Source of the DNA: Curvularia clavata
Taxonomy: Eukaryota
Length of the DNA: 64,000 nucleotides
Assembly: GCA_023920165.1 (NCBI GenBank)
Contig: CP089276.1
Span: forward strand, 4,402,001-4,466,000
Direction: 5' to 3'
The notes under the pieces are model-generated. The model was not told where the DNA came from and did not search any database. It saw nothing but the letters and a program-made list of their open reading frames with translations. Positions 49,679 to 63,729 of the stretch are shown piece after piece (position 1 is the first letter of the stretch; each line of letters opens with the position of its first letter). The translations under genes were made by a program, and so were the position numbers.

Positions 49679-51488
49679 TTACAAAGCTACGTCAAGCACC
49701 AGACTGACGTCGCTGACTTGCTGGCCAGCGAGGTCCTCGAGCACCGGTATCAGGTCGAGGAGTTCGTTGTCGTGCGCGTCAGAGAACCAGCTGCTGATGG
49801 GGACGGCGTGTTGCGGATGGAAGATGTACGAGGTGGGCGAGTTGTCAATGATGATGGTGTCCTTGAGGTCACGGCCAATCTGCGAGAGATCCTAAAGCAG
49901 GCGTTAGCGTTGGATACGCGAATGATTCCGGCTTCGTCATCTGACCTTTACGTAGTTGCCCTGGTGGTTGTAGCAGCTTTCGCGGAAAAGACGGTGGTGA
50001 ACAACGCCGTGAATGTCGAGCTGGTCGAGAAGAGGATCACCGTACTACAGTTGTTGTTAGCCAGGTTATTGGAACAAGCTTGAAATGCACATACCTTGGA
50101 AACAGATGCCGTGAAAACGACAACCTCGTACAGCTCGCCTACTCGCTTCATGAACTGGTCCACACCCGGTCGCTTGATAACGTAGACATTGTGGTATTGG
50201 CCTTCAATCTCAACGGGGATGGTGAAGTCTGCCTGGTGCAGGATCTAGAATCAAATCAGCAAACAATGGCAAAGACTGGGTGGGCCCTGTGCACATACCT
50301 TGAAGCTGCTGTGGACCAAGGTCTCGTCGAGGTCGAGAACCAGACATTTCTTTCCTTGGAACCTGGGTGCAATAGGGCCCAGAAGATACTTTTGCTCCTC
50401 TGGAGCTTCGCCCGCATCTGTGCTCTGTTCCTGTACAGCCACCTGTCGCTCGGCCAGCGGTGGCGGGGGAGGCAAGTCGACCTTGGGATGCTCGGCTTCG
50501 GCCTCGGCCTCGGCTCCGTCTGTCTCGTGAGGAACGTCCTTGGTTGAAAGGGGCACATCCCTCATTTCAATGTCATTGTCAATCTGCTTCTGCTCCTCGG
50601 TCTGGTCCTCGATTATACGCTGCTGCTCTGCAGATGGACGAGGCAAGACTGGGGTGGTGGCGGTTGGCGTGGGGTTAGTGATATTGATCTGAGGGTGGCC
50701 AGTCTGTAATGTACCGGACTGCGAGGACGCAGTTGTCTCTGGTTGTTGCCTCTGAGACGGGTTTCTTGTAACGCCCTGAGATACATCCTGGGTTGAGGGC
50801 TGCTCGGCAGTGCCGTCGGCGTGGGGGGGCTTGTCAGCAGACGCCAGCGGGTCGGCGCCTATCTTTTCATCGAGCGGTTCCTTGGAATCGGTTTTGCTTG
50901 ACTCTGCGACTGCGGACTCTTGCTTCCTGACCGGTGTGGACTGCGATGTCCGTCCGGCAGGCACCTTCTGGGCCTGTTTGACATTCTCCAGAGGGGTCGA
51001 GTCGCCAGCGAGGCGGGACTCCTTGGGCGCAAAGCAGGGCAGGCAGGATAGCAGGCCACCCTTGCGTGTCTTGCTCCTCGTCGAGGCCGGGCGGTTTGCG
51101 GTAGAGGGGACTGGAGGCGGTTGCTCCGTCTTCTCGGATGGGGCAGCATTGGGCTGAGAGCGCTTGCTGCTCGCCGTGCTTCCGGCCCGTCGTTTGCCCA
51201 TGAGGCTTCGCTTGGAGCCGCGTCCTACGCTGTCGGCGTCTGCTGCAGTGGTGGCGCCGCTGAGACCGGTGTTGGGCGTCTGGCTGTCGCTTGATTGCGG
51301 GACGTTGAGGAGGGAGTGCTTCTGGGTGGTATCGGCTTGAGACGGAGCGAAGGGATCCGAGGCGACGGCAGCTGCAGACTTGTCAGTTATCGCGTCCAAG
51401 GGAGAAGGGGGTTGCTTGAGAAAATACCGTTGGGGCTGGGCTGCTTGTCGGTCGATGGGGCGGATGCGTCAACCGGTTGGACGCTCAT
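49679..51488 (-). CDS. PSR1: Small CTD/NIF-family HAD phosphatase, Psr1/Psr2-like; 5 exons
   Basis: [18 protein letters not shown] (DxDxT), [47 protein letters not shown]. Cys cluster GLLSCLPCF in a disordered N-terminus. First intron 51427-51372. Confidence 0.93.
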
Positions 51489-54400
51489 AATTTTGTCGCG
51501 CGTCTCGTGCAGCAGGCAAAGCGGGCGCACAGAGACGATGGGAGACGACGAGGTTTAGTGATGGAGAGAGGGGCGGCGAGGGCGAGGGCTGCCTGAGTTG
51601 TCGCGTGGTGGAGGAGAGGCGGAGCGTGGTTGGGAGGGCGGGAGGGAGGCAGCGAGTAGCTGAGGGTGGCCGGGGGTGCTGGGCGTGGGCAAGGGCGAGG
51701 GCGAGGGCGCGGGTCGCTGCTTCCTTTCCTATCGGGGGTTGGCAGGGCCCGGTCGCGACTGCTCAGTCAAGGCACGAGAGGGAAGGCGCTGGGGAGATGG
51801 CAGTCGCAGTCTCGTCGAAGGCAAGGCAAGGCAAGGCAAGGGCGGTCGAGGCGAGGAGGGAAAGGGCAATGGGAGCTTGGAGCAGATGCGCGCTGCTCTG
51901 CTTGGCCCGCCTGAGGGTTCGCTAACGCGGGCGGAAATGAGACGCCGTCTTTCACCGTCGTCAGCGCCAAAGCTCCACCACCATCTATGTACGTACTATT
52001 GATCTGGTTATTTGCTGCGTCCAGATGCATTCGACCACTTGGCCGGCACTCGGGTCTTGTCGACGCGCCTGCGTCGGTAGCGCGGCTCTGGCTGATGGCG
52101 TTGCAGCAGCAGCCTCGCCCATGCCCGCTCTCGCATTTCTTCTTCTGCTCGCTGCTGCTGCTGCTGCTGCTTGAGTCGATTCGCCCCTAGGCCGCAATGG
52201 CCCTAGCCCACCCACTCGACGGCCAGGCCCAAACCCAAATCCAGTCTTTCTCCACGCTGCACATCTCCAAGCCCGCGGCGGTTCATCCGTCTTTCACCCA
52301 ATCACACGCTCCACGCCTCCCTCCACCAGGCGCCTCACACGGGAAATGACCTCCGACGGCCCAGCCTCATGCTCTGTATGGCCATGGGCCCTTTAGCCAG
52401 AAGCCCGACAATACTTGCCATCCACACGCCTCCCACCATAGGCCCTCTCTCCATCGTCGTCCATGTCAACCCAGGTCCGCGTTAACCATGCTTCGCGCCC
52501 TGCATAACTGCGACCTGGCCAACCCTGCCATGGCGACCGAATCCCAGACCACGCGACCGTTCGTGCAGCCACAAGCTCGCTCCTCGACTCGCGCCTAGCC
52601 GCCATGGCATGGGGAAGCATCGGTTCCCTGGCCTATCACCGCTCACGACACCCATGGCTGCGTCCCTATTGATTGCACCCACCGTCCTCAACACCCGGAC
52701 ATACCCTGGCCCGACGCCATCTCCACGACGACTGGCCTACGCCTGCGTGCGCCGTCGTCGCCTGCTCTCGTCACCACGCTCCTTGTCACCGTATCGTGTC
52801 GTCTACTGCTGCTGCCGTCACATGTCAGAAGTCGGTCGCGTTCCACTGTGGCGACAATGGTGCAGAGCGGGCCGTCGCACGTAAAAGTCATCCCGCGTCG
52901 ATCTTGCAGCTTGATGCCGCCCTATCCATGTCCGCATCGTCACAAGGCCAACGTCCTTTCTTTGAGTGTGTGCGCCATCCACATCCCCCCACCGCCCTGT
53001 GTGGCAACCGTTTGCGCCCCAAAAGCGTCCCCCTACGAACATCGCAATTAACACTACACCGTTATGGCTGCATGCCGACCGGTACTCATCCCTCCTCCAC
53101 CCGGGCTCCAAGCCACAAACCTCGGATGAGCGTCACCGCTGGGAATGGCAATGTTCTAGCTTACCAGCAATGCGAACCTTGGTACATGATGATCTTGCTG
53201 GCGGTTACTATGCATCACAATTGAACCACACAGCACAACCAATGCGCACACACTCTTCCCTTGCTTTCGACCATGTCTGGCCTCAATCGACCATCTTCCA
53301 CCATGCCGGGCCCCAAGTTGAGTGCGTCCGAGCCGCATGTTTGCTCATCTGCTCTTCTTCAATATCAGGGCATGCTTCCATAGAAAGAAGCCCGCTTCAG
53401 AATACAGGGACAAAATCTTGACATGTAGATTATCCACAGCAATGCGCTTCTTTGCTGTCACTCACCCTCTCATCAGCAGCCTTGTATGCAGGCCAGATCC
53501 TGCGATCAAGGCTTCGAGCGTCGAACAAACAACTCCGTGATGAAGACCCAGATATATCACTGCTCTATCACCTATCTTGTAAACAAAGAAGAAGGCTAAG
53601 TATTCACATCGAGTTTGAATTCCCCTTTCCCTCTCCTCTGCTACTTCATCATCACCATGAACCGCCTTTGCTCCATCTCTTCAATTGTCCTCTCTTCATT
53701 GCCCATTCGCTAGTTCACCAATTGGACCGCGGACATTTCCTGGGACCACTGATTGAAAAAGGCGCAAACCCGGATCGCACTCATAAAATCGTATCGTAAT
53801 CTCATGGCCTTCTTGACGCCCAACATCAAAGCATTCATAAGGTGTTTGAGCGAGCTTTACAAAGGCCCCATAGTCGGCAACGTTTGATCGACTACAACTC
53901 ATCACCTTCGGATCGATTGCCCGATCGTCGATCTGGCTGCATGCGGCATCTAAATATATCCTGCCGTTCGAACCACTGAGCATCACTGAACGTTACTCGT
54001 CACAAACTTAATCTATTGTTCGAGAATCTTCTACTTGGTGTTTCTCTCGTTTGATTCAATTTCTGTCTCGCAATCCAGTCTACAGTCTGCTTGCTGCTGT
54101 CATGACATCGGCGATCAGCGCCCAGGCCAGCCGCACTGAGCGTTTGCGACACAATCGGGTGCTTTCCCTCGCGCGTTACTCGTTTCGCACTTACACCGCG
54201 TGCCCAGTCGGCCATCATGCTAGCCAAACTCAACACACAGCTCATGGCACCTTTTGCGGGCAGAGATGGCGAGTACAGAGCCTGGCATGCCACTTCATCA
54301 CAACGGACTCATGCGAAATCTGCGAGCACGAAGCACACTCGTTCACAATCTATTCCCCATTTTGGCGTCTGACATTTCACCACATCTTGCCTGCTTATAG

Positions 54401-54883
54401 AAACAACGCCCTTCTCTTCTTGTCCCTCTGTCTATCTTTGGAGTTTCGAAACAACGTTTACCTAAACGCCGACTAGATTGCAAATACCATGCAAGACAGT
54501 ACTCGACGACGGGAAAAGCAAACCTGGCCACAAAGGGGCTGAGACAAACCCGAAAAGCTCTTTCTAGACACATTAGAAACATGACTTTGCTTCTGCTCGT
54601 AATGCGTTTGCTGTTTCGACAAAGAACCCTCTTCCACCTAATGGGACGCAACATGGCCATCGCACAGGATGAAATGCCATTTGTACGACCATTTTCCCAT
54701 GGCCATGACGGAAACAAAAAAGCACTAGCCTGAGAAGGGCTTAATATGTATCTAGGTCGACCGCACCCAAGTCTTTTCCGTCTTACTGCGGGCAGCCATT
54801 TTCCACTCCTTTGGTGATTGATCAGAAATGCTCATGTCGCCTGACACTGCCATCGACCTGGACTCTCACCTTGTCCTACGACC

Positions 54884-56443
54884 ATGGACTTGACAGTTAA
54901 TATCCAGCCTCTTGCATATGCGGTCGCCTACATTACATTCTTTATTGGCACTTTGTCAATCTTTCTAAGGTTTTATTGTCGTTATATTGTTCTGCGAACA
55001 TGGGGTTGGGACGACTACATTGCCGTGGCTATTCTGGTGAGTTTGAATGAAGAATGCTTACATCAAGAACCTGGCCGAAATGTAACTAATGCAATATGTG
55101 ATTGCCAGATTTTCAGTTTTGCACAACAAGGTGTCTTGCAGATGTTTCTGTACTGGGGCTGTGGACTGTAAGCAATCTTTACAGCTGCTTGTCTTGCGAT
55201 AATACAGGATGCTTACCAGAGCAGTCATATTGAAGTTCTAGACGCCAGACAACAGCTCGAGATTGCCAAAGTGAGAACCGACGCCCAGGAAAAGGCACCC
55301 CGGCCTGTCATTGCTAACAAAGCAAACCAGTGGTTATTCGTCGAGGAAATACTGTACTATTCTGTTCACTGGGTGATCAAACTAGCGTTTCTCGTATTCT
55401 ACCTTCGGCTATCGCCCGATAGCGACAATTTTCGGCATGCAGTCCACTTTGGCGTGGGGCTGAACACTGCTGTATGGATTGCCAGTGTGTACGTTACGCC
55501 GAGCTTCGAACGCCCTCCCTCTTATACGGAGAAGAGAAAACGCTGACCGTAAAGATAGCCTCCTAGCGTGCTTCCAATGTACGCCATTCGACGCGATCTT
55601 TTACCCTGGCACTCACTCTGACGCAAAGTGCATAAATAAATTGATTCTATTTGTCGGCCCCTGCGTTCTCGTATGCCACCCCCAACTTGTCCCACTCTAT
55701 GCAGCTCAACTAACTTTTTTCTGTAGAATATACTCGTAGATATCTACATTCTCATCCTACCAATCTCCACCATTTGGGCTCTGAAAAACATACGCATGCG
55801 CAGGAAGATTGCCGTCTTATGCGTCATCGGCTTTGGCGGGATATCCGTCCTCATTGCCTGCTGTCGCATTGTCCTCTTACTAAGGCTTAGTTCATCATCC
55901 CCCACATTAGACACATCGTACATCCTGGGTACCATGACCGTCGTGAGCGCCCTAGAAATCCAATCCGCCATCATCGCCGTCAATCTCCCTAGCCTCAAGG
56001 CCCTGTGGACAAAGTACACAGGCGGGTCGTCGGGAAACGACGCTGGCGTGCCAACCAGTCGCCAGCATCTGCATCACAAGGCATACCGAATGTCCAGTCT
56101 CAGCGGCGACTCTGCTTCAATGTTCAATTCCTCTCCGGATAGAGGGCTACGAAACAAAAGCAACAAGAAGCGCGCCTCGGCATCCACCTCATGCTGGGAC
56201 GCCGAAAACCCTCTTACAAGTATTGCATCAGAAGAAGAATCTGTTCTTAGCGATATGATGGCCGTCGTGATGCCCATCCAGTGGGTTCGCAGCGACATAC
56301 GCGCCATCCGCGTGGGAAGGGGATACATAGTACGCAGCATGATGAGCATGGAGCGGGTAGAGGACTGCTTTCCTGTCGGCCATTTTCTACGGAACTACGG
56401 GCCAAGAAGGAATGCAGAGAGTGTTGTTGCGTCTCTTGTCTGA
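54884..56443 (+). CDS. PTH11-like (fungal rhodopsin-domain) 7-TM integral membrane protein without CFEM; about 6 exons
   Basis: LRFYCRYIVLRTWGWDDYIAVA, VIKLAFLVFYLRL, FQCTP, NILVDIYILILPI..MRRKIAVLCVIGFG and EIQSAIIAVNLPSLKAL are hallmark PTH11-family motifs. GT-AG introns join the fragments. Confidence 0.85.
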
Positions 56444-56910
56444 CGTTGAGGCTTTGCGTATATATGAAGGTGAAATGAAACAAAACAAAGTAAATTTACT
56501 ACATTTTATGAGCATTCCACAAAACGGCATCGTTCGGTATACTGTGGCATCAGACATTGGAAAGGGGGGCTATCTTGAATGGCTTGATCGTCCATGTCAT
56601 TTATACTATGTCATTCAGATATTTCGGAGTAAGGAAATAAAGTAACCACACAAACAGACGAGTAACACAAAAATGTTGAGATGGCATTGCTAGGTGCCAC
56701 CTCAGCATCCCTGCAAGACTCCAGCTATGGAATGCACCCCTAGATGCGAAGGAGAAACGTATATAGCAAAACAAGAGTAAACAAAACAATCAAAACGTCG
56801 AGAAGGGAAAAATGAAGTAAGCGTGTATTCACCATCAGCAACCAACTTCTTCAGAAAGGAGAACAGGGGGAAAAAAAGAAGGAGAAGGTAGACCACCAAA
56901 CCAAACCCAA

Positions 56911-58976
56911 TCAGACCTGAAACCTACGGTAACGAGGAATAGGCCCGGCAGGCCTTTCTTTGCACTCATCCTGGCGCTTCTTGTTCGCTTTGTAGTACTC
57001 CTCAAGCGACGCCGTGACCTGCGCCAGCTCGCTGTATGGCTGCTCAAGGGCCAACTCATTCACTCTCGCCCTAATCTTTTCTTCCGAAAAGATACCCGAT
57101 CTCGCCGTCAAATCCGCCGCTGTGAACGGTTTCGCCGACCAACGAGCATCTTCAGGATCATGAAAATCCGTCGTCTCATTATAGCCAAAGTTCTGCAGCT
57201 TGGTCACGTCAAAAGCAGCCATCATATCCTGGTCCTCGTGAATCAGGTTGTGGCAGTGGAACATGTAGACTCCGTCCCAAGGGGCATAATGCGCCTCGAC
57301 GAGCACCGTCTCGTGGCGGCCGAGCCACACGACGTCCTTGAGCCCCGCGGCCTCGTAGGGCATAACGCCGCGGGTGCTTTCGTCGCCGTAGCGCGCGACG
57401 ACGCGGAAGTCTACGAGATGGACGTGAATAGGATGGGACCAGCCGCCAGAACTGTTCTCGAGTTCCCACAGCTCGACGGTGCCGCGCGGGACCTTGGCCA
57501 GGATACGGTTCTCGACGTCTGCGAAGCCGATGCCGTTGATGCGCCACTCGCTGTTTGTGCGGTGGAACCGGAAGTGATGGTCAATGCTGGTCTTGTCCGC
57601 CGGGAACTGGATCTGAGATAGTTGCTCGGGTACCCTCGAGTTATCGACGACGGTTTGACTGCTGACTTTGAACCGCATCACCTTGTCGGTATTCGCGTAG
57701 TCGTCGTCGGTACCAACGCCATTGGCCTTTGCGAAGTTCCGTAGATCGATTGTCTGGCCGGCATACGGCGCAAAGTCGAAGACGATCTCATACCGTTCGG
57801 CGGCTGCGACGTACATATCGGAGGTCTGGACCGGGTGTGTGAGAAGCCCGGCGTCAGAGGCAATGACCTGGAAAGGAAGCCGGGCGGCAGTGGCTTGTTG
57901 CTTGACGAAGTACAGAGCAAAGTTCCTAGACACAGCCGCATTGAGGAACCGAAGGCGGTACTTTCGAGGCTCGACGTTTAGGAATGGCCACGGCTGACCA
58001 TTGACATGGATCACGTCGCCCCAGAGACTGTTGTCTTCGCCCTGACTTGTCTGGAGCGTTCCGTCGGCGTTGTAGAATTTGGAGCTGAGCACAAGTGGGA
58101 TGTCGTATTTGCCGTAGCCTGAAGGAAGGCCTAGAGCGTCCTCAGCTGGGTCTGTGATCAGGTAGGCCCCGGCTTGTCCGAAGTAGGCATTTTCGGCCGT
58201 CTGCATAGGTGTTAGCCCAATCCTTTCGTTCTGCTTACTTGATAAGCTAGAAAGACTTACGAAATGCATAGCGTGGTCGTGGTACCACAAGAACCTGGCA
58301 GCTTGGTTGTTCGGGTAGTAGTAGTCTGAGAGGGCATCCTGTTAGTATGGCAGAGGCTTCATGGTGCGTAGAGATGATTTTTTTTATACCTTTATATTGT
58401 CCCTGCAGAATCAGATCTTCAGCCCACCCATCGAAGGGGGCACGAGAGGGGGAGCCGTGGAGATGAATCGAACTTTCGCGATCACCCTGGTTTACGAATC
58501 GCACAACGGCTTCTGTTCCTCTCGGGACGATGATTGTAGGACCTGGAGAGATGCCGTCATATCCTACCAGGCGAGCAGGACGTAGACTGGGATAGACCTG
58601 TTGGGTGAAGGGCTTGATGACAATCTCGTAGTACCAGATCTCCTTGTTTGTGACAGGATTCGTCATTTTACTGTGGATGTTGAGCAAAATTCCAGAAAAT
58701 CTGTCCATGCGATCGAAAGACTCACTACTTCGGTTCCTTGGCTGGAGGGATAGGCAGTGCCTCGCGGAAAAGGATAGGATACTCTGGGCTTTCCCAGGCC
58801 TTCTTGACGGTGATAATGTCGGCAGGGTCATCTTCAACGATTGATGCCAAAGCTGCCTTTTCTTCGGCAGGAGTGTTGTCGACATATTGGGCAGGACGCT
58901 CGGTCAGAGCCTGGCCGTATATGCCTTTCGCAATTGAAGCGAGTTGAAGTGCCGAGAAGAGGTACTTGGAGACCAT
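56911..58976 (-). CDS. Bilirubin oxidase-type multicopper oxidase, secreted; 4 exons
   Basis: All four copper-binding motifs: SIHLHGS, WYHDHA, WSHPIHVHL and YMFHCHNLIHEDQDMM (Met axial ligand). Signal peptide MVSKYLFSALQLASIAKG. SPSRAPFDGWAE is typical of fungal BOD. Confidence 0.93.
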
Positions 58977-61097
58977 CGTGAAGAAAGGAGCTGATGAGCT
59001 GAGAATGTTCAGTGAGCTGATGATGAGAGTGTTCTGGACAGAACATTCCCCCTTTTATATCTCATGAGCGAGGCAGGTCTGGCATTCGGATAGAGACTCT
59101 CAGTACACTACATCCTTTCCCGGTTTGTTCCTATCCAAGGCCATTAGCAATCACATGCCATCCTTCTCATACTTAGTACGACTCGTGATGAATCCCTTGT
59201 TGACTTGGCGGACTGGTGGCTATCCCGGGGGCGCCTCCGGGCGCGAACTATTCAGGGAATGGGTATAGACCAGCTGCAATGCGAACGGAAGAACCTCCTT
59301 TCTTGTAAATTCAGTACGTTGGGTTACATTGGCCATGGTGCTTGTGGCCACCCAGACGAAATGTTTACCGCTGAGGACCTTTTGCAAGGAGTTCGGTGAG
59401 TCTTGGCTACAGGCATGCATCTTGTCACTTTGTTTTCGTAGACATACACACTAAAATGGTATGACTGCCATATAGGCCTACGTACATGTAAAACAAATAT
59501 CTCTGTACCGCTTTGATGGACTTCTTCATCGTTGCTTGGCTGGAACTTTTATGGGTCACTGCAAAGCAACAACAGTGCTCACAAATGGGCATGTAACGCT
59601 GGAGTAAACGCATCATGATTCAGACCCCATCTCTAATCTACACCTTATGTGGAATAAAAAGCGCTACTATTGTAAGGGTATAATTAGAGGTCACCGGCAG
59701 CATGTCTATAGCCCCCAAACGTGGCGGACTTTAGGTAGGTTAATCGAGATGACACTTGTAACCTATTTAGCATTCGGCATATTTCGGTGGCTTATTGAAA
59801 CCAGTATGAAGATCGAATGAGGTATTTGATTTCCTGGAAACTGTGGAGACACAACTGTGGAGATTCTACTTTTGACTCAAATCGAATCTGAGGGTGTCTT
59901 CACTCGATCCTGTATCCCATGTTTCAATACTCCTGCCAAGGTATTGTGTGGAACAAGAATCTACTCCAATTGTAGGTTACTCCAAAGTCTAGACAGAAAA
60001 TAGAACCCACATGGCCGGAGCCAGGAGCCAAAGGCGGCATCGTGCCGCGCCGTTTTGGCCTCGTACCTACTTTAGCGTATCCCAAATCGCTAACCGAGGA
60101 CTTTGCGGGTTTTTTTCCCCACGTGCCTATCAATAAGGAGTTTGAAGACTTGTGAAGCCTTGTCTTGTGGCTTGGATGTCCAAGGTAGTCTTGGCGTGCT
60201 AAAACGCGGAGAGGTCCGCGTCTGCATGTTCAGCTGTGCTTGCGGACCGAGCCTGGCGGGGAACTTCTTGGCTAACGAGATCACCCCACGTTTAGTTCAC
60301 GATTCAGTTCATGCGGCACGCTGATCTCAATTATAGGTGCTGGGCAGTCTATGGGGACAAGTAACCACGTCATGCTCAGAAGTTTATGCCTGTCTTTTCA
60401 GTGTTTGGTTTGATTTATACCATATTTAGAAGGGGTAGGTGTTCTTCACTAGAAACAGACCTCGGTACGGTTTCTAGAAAGGAAGATCTGCATCATCACT
60501 AGGCGAGGTCTCAGAATTCTGACCACTAAAACTTATCAGAATTTGTCGGTCACACGCTCAAGACCTTGGCATTTTAACCGAAGGAGAAGTCAACGCTGAA
60601 CTTGGCATTCGATCCTCACCGGCTCTTTTTTCTTGGCTCAACCTTGGCGGTCCGGACTTCATGCTCTCCCCCACTGCAAAAGTTTCCGAGAATAGCCATT
60701 CAAGGATCATTCAGCTATACACAAGGATTTAGGGGAATCGGGAAAAACCGGCCAAGTTACACAGTGGATCCGTTGCGTGTATTTGCTTTTGAAAACCGTA
60801 CTCGCATTCATGGCGAGGTTCCTGCAGAGGCGGACATGAACTCTCGAAAAGTAGGATGGAACCCCACTCAAATCATAGATTCGAGCTTAGACTGCGTGAA
60901 TACTACAAGGGGTGGTGTTGAGACAATAACGTGTATAGCTTGGCACGTATTGGTATCCTTTTCCATGAGAATATGCTACATCGAAGTCTTGTCTCTAGAC
61001 GACCTGGCGATGGGAGAGAAATATAAAAGGGGCGTGAAATAATCAAATTTTGAGCATCAGCAAACCCAAAGCTTCAAGTTATACAGCAGACTTTGCA

Positions 61098-62835
61098 ATG
61101 GCGCGCAACAATTTGTTCTACACCTTCTTACTTTGTGTCAATCTTCTTCTATTCATTCCCAACATCTTCGCTCAGGATGCTCCTCTGTTTGTCCAGGGAG
61201 GTCTTGAAGATGCCACTGCCACTGATGGAAGCTACAATTCTGGAGGATCTATCACTGTGAATGGTTTCAGCATTCAGATTCCAAAGAACCTCCAAGTGCA
61301 GTTTCCTGCCGCATGGGTCCCATGGAAGGACTTTTCTGCGGGCAAAGAGTCCATGTTGGGCTACGAGATCAATGTATTTACAGTGAACTGAGCCTTCGAA
61401 ACCTCTAAGCTAATGCCGGGAATAGGTCATCGGAAACTTCATCAATGGCCGGCCTATTGCCGCTCAAGTCATTGCCTATGAGTTCTTTGAGGGGCTCAGC
61501 AGTGGATTCATTGAATCATTGAACTTTGCCGAGGGCACCATGAAGATTGCCTCGGGACCCACTGTTCGCATCAGTGACCCAAATGCTGTCTTCTCCATTG
61601 GTTATGCCGAAGCGCCTTTCTTTACCGCTGACGATGAGAGCCCGAGCGTTTCTTCGTTCTCAGGCTTTCCAATGTGTATACCACGCAACACAACTGACCC
61701 TCTGTGTCCAGCGAGCAATCGACCCTTTCAGGGCTCTGGTACATTGTAGGTTTTACTCTTTCACATCCTGCAGCACGACGATTGATTGAATGCTAATTAA
61801 CACATAGTTCTGTTCCGGACCCACTGACCATGTCTCCTTTCCTAGTCGGTGACTTTGTGACCTTCTCAGGCATCAGACGCGGTAGCGAGGTCATTGCCTA
61901 CAGCATCGTTGCACAGAATGTCATGATAACCACCTTGGGCGATCTTGTTTACCTACGTATGGAACTTGGTCTTCTGGGAATTGACAACGTCAACCCTAAC
62001 ACTGAACTCGCGGAGTCTCGAGTAAGTCACGCTTTGTCATGAAAGTGGTTTTGTTTCTCATCATCCTTCTAGTTCGTAGGATTTGCATCCAACCCTAGAA
62101 CTACAGTAGCGCTCTATGCGATGGATACCGATCCTTGCACTGGCAAGGTGACAGACCGGATCGTCGCGACCATGGGTCTTCGTGGTGGCCGTAACGAGCA
62201 AAACAAATTCGAGTATCGATCAGACATGTTGGGCGGCTATGCAAGGGAGTATCGGGTTGTTGCGGAGATCAATGGTGTCCCCAAAACACGCACAACCAAG
62301 AATGGGCTTTTGGCAGGCACCTATGTCCAGCCAATCAATGTGTGGGTCCACGCGGAGCAGGTCATTCCGGGCACAGCTCCGCCTGCGAACGATTTCAGTC
62401 AAATGACCTGGCTGACCAATGGTATTGGAGTCGATGAGAGCGGAAACCTCTGGGGTCCCTTGGATCCTTTCCCACAGACTGGTGTCTTCATTGACCCACC
62501 ACAGTGTGGCCCCGTGAGCCAACTGAGGTTCGAGGGTGATAACTTGAACACTACCTGGGCTCCATCTTGTAAGTGCAATTCCTCACTGTCCTTGTGACTC
62601 ACATACAGGGTCATGCTAATAGATTGTTACTTTAGCGCAACTCTTGAACAACTCAACAGCACCTTCTAATGTCACCACACCTGCAACCAATGTCACTGTC
62701 GACACGGCGGCTACCAACAGTGTCACCCCTCTTGCCATGAGACGTGGGGTTCCCAACGTTCGCTGGCTCTCTCGAGCTCGGCTGGATGCTGAGACAATCC
62801 CTGAGGGCGATACAGTGATTGCCAAGGCAGACTAG
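61098..62835 (+). CDS. Secreted protein of unknown function; 5 exons
   Basis: Signal peptide MARNNLFYTFLLCVNLLLFIPNIFA and TATAAAA at about 61022. Introns about 61374-61425, 61748-61807, 62022-62072 and 62569-62636 join ORFs 61050/61519/61830/62121/62644. Motifs GGSITVNGFSIQIPKNL, DDESPSVSSFSGFPMCIPR and GPLDPFP. Confidence 0.8.
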
Positions 62836-63729
62836 AGGAGGAGATCGGAGATAGGCACCAAACAGGTCAACTCGACAACGCTGTCAATAGTCAGGGTGCA
62901 GATAACTAAGGCCTTAGCAATCAAAACCCTTTAGTGCATCCATGATTTGTGAAAAAACTTTTCAGCAAAGACTATCAATGTGATCGATGATGAACATCCT
63001 GGATACAGACGTCATAGGTGCACCCTCATAAATGAGAGCCGTGAAGTAAATCGCGCCTAGCAGAGGGTTCAAGTGGAGTAAGGCAGAAGTTTCCGCGTGA
63101 TGAAAGAAACCCTGTATGATCGTGATGGATTGAGCTGGTGCGGAGCCGAAGTATGCCAGCAGTGGTGCTTTTAATCTGCATGGCCTTGCCTCGGCCTTAG
63201 AAATCCAACCTAGATTAGGTCAAGCTTCCTTGTCCTCAGCGCTGTAAATGTCCTGTATCTCGCCCATAAAGACAAGAGATTCTCATGATGTTGGGTACTT
63301 TGTGTAAAGGTCGCGATAGAGAATATTTGTCGGCACATGGTAGCGATCTTGACAGATTGGACAGACATTTTTCACGTCCTAGACTGTTGTTACATTTCTA
63401 TTTTCAGTTCATCTGCAAATGGATCAGTTGTGTTTGTCACAATGCGATATACTGCACATATGGCTAAGACAGAACCTTAAGTGATATTGCTATTTCTTGC
63501 TCAAAGAGAGAACGACTACACCGGGATGACAAGCAGAACTCAGGCACTAGGTAAAGGACGAGACGTCGCTGGTGAGAAACATCCGCGACGTAATTTCACC
63601 TACCAGTAGATATAGAAACCTCTTTCTCCTAGTTTCTACTCTTCCTCTTCACTTCCACTATTTCTCACGACCTGTATCATCCTTCCTGATTTTTACTATC
63701 TCTACGCCAAGATACCCAAAGCCAACAAG

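Noticed and set aside
51600..54800. Many 60-180 aa ORFs in the long region upstream of the Psr phosphatase
   Set aside because: No codon bias, domains or consistent exon structure; most likely promoter and 5' leader sequence.
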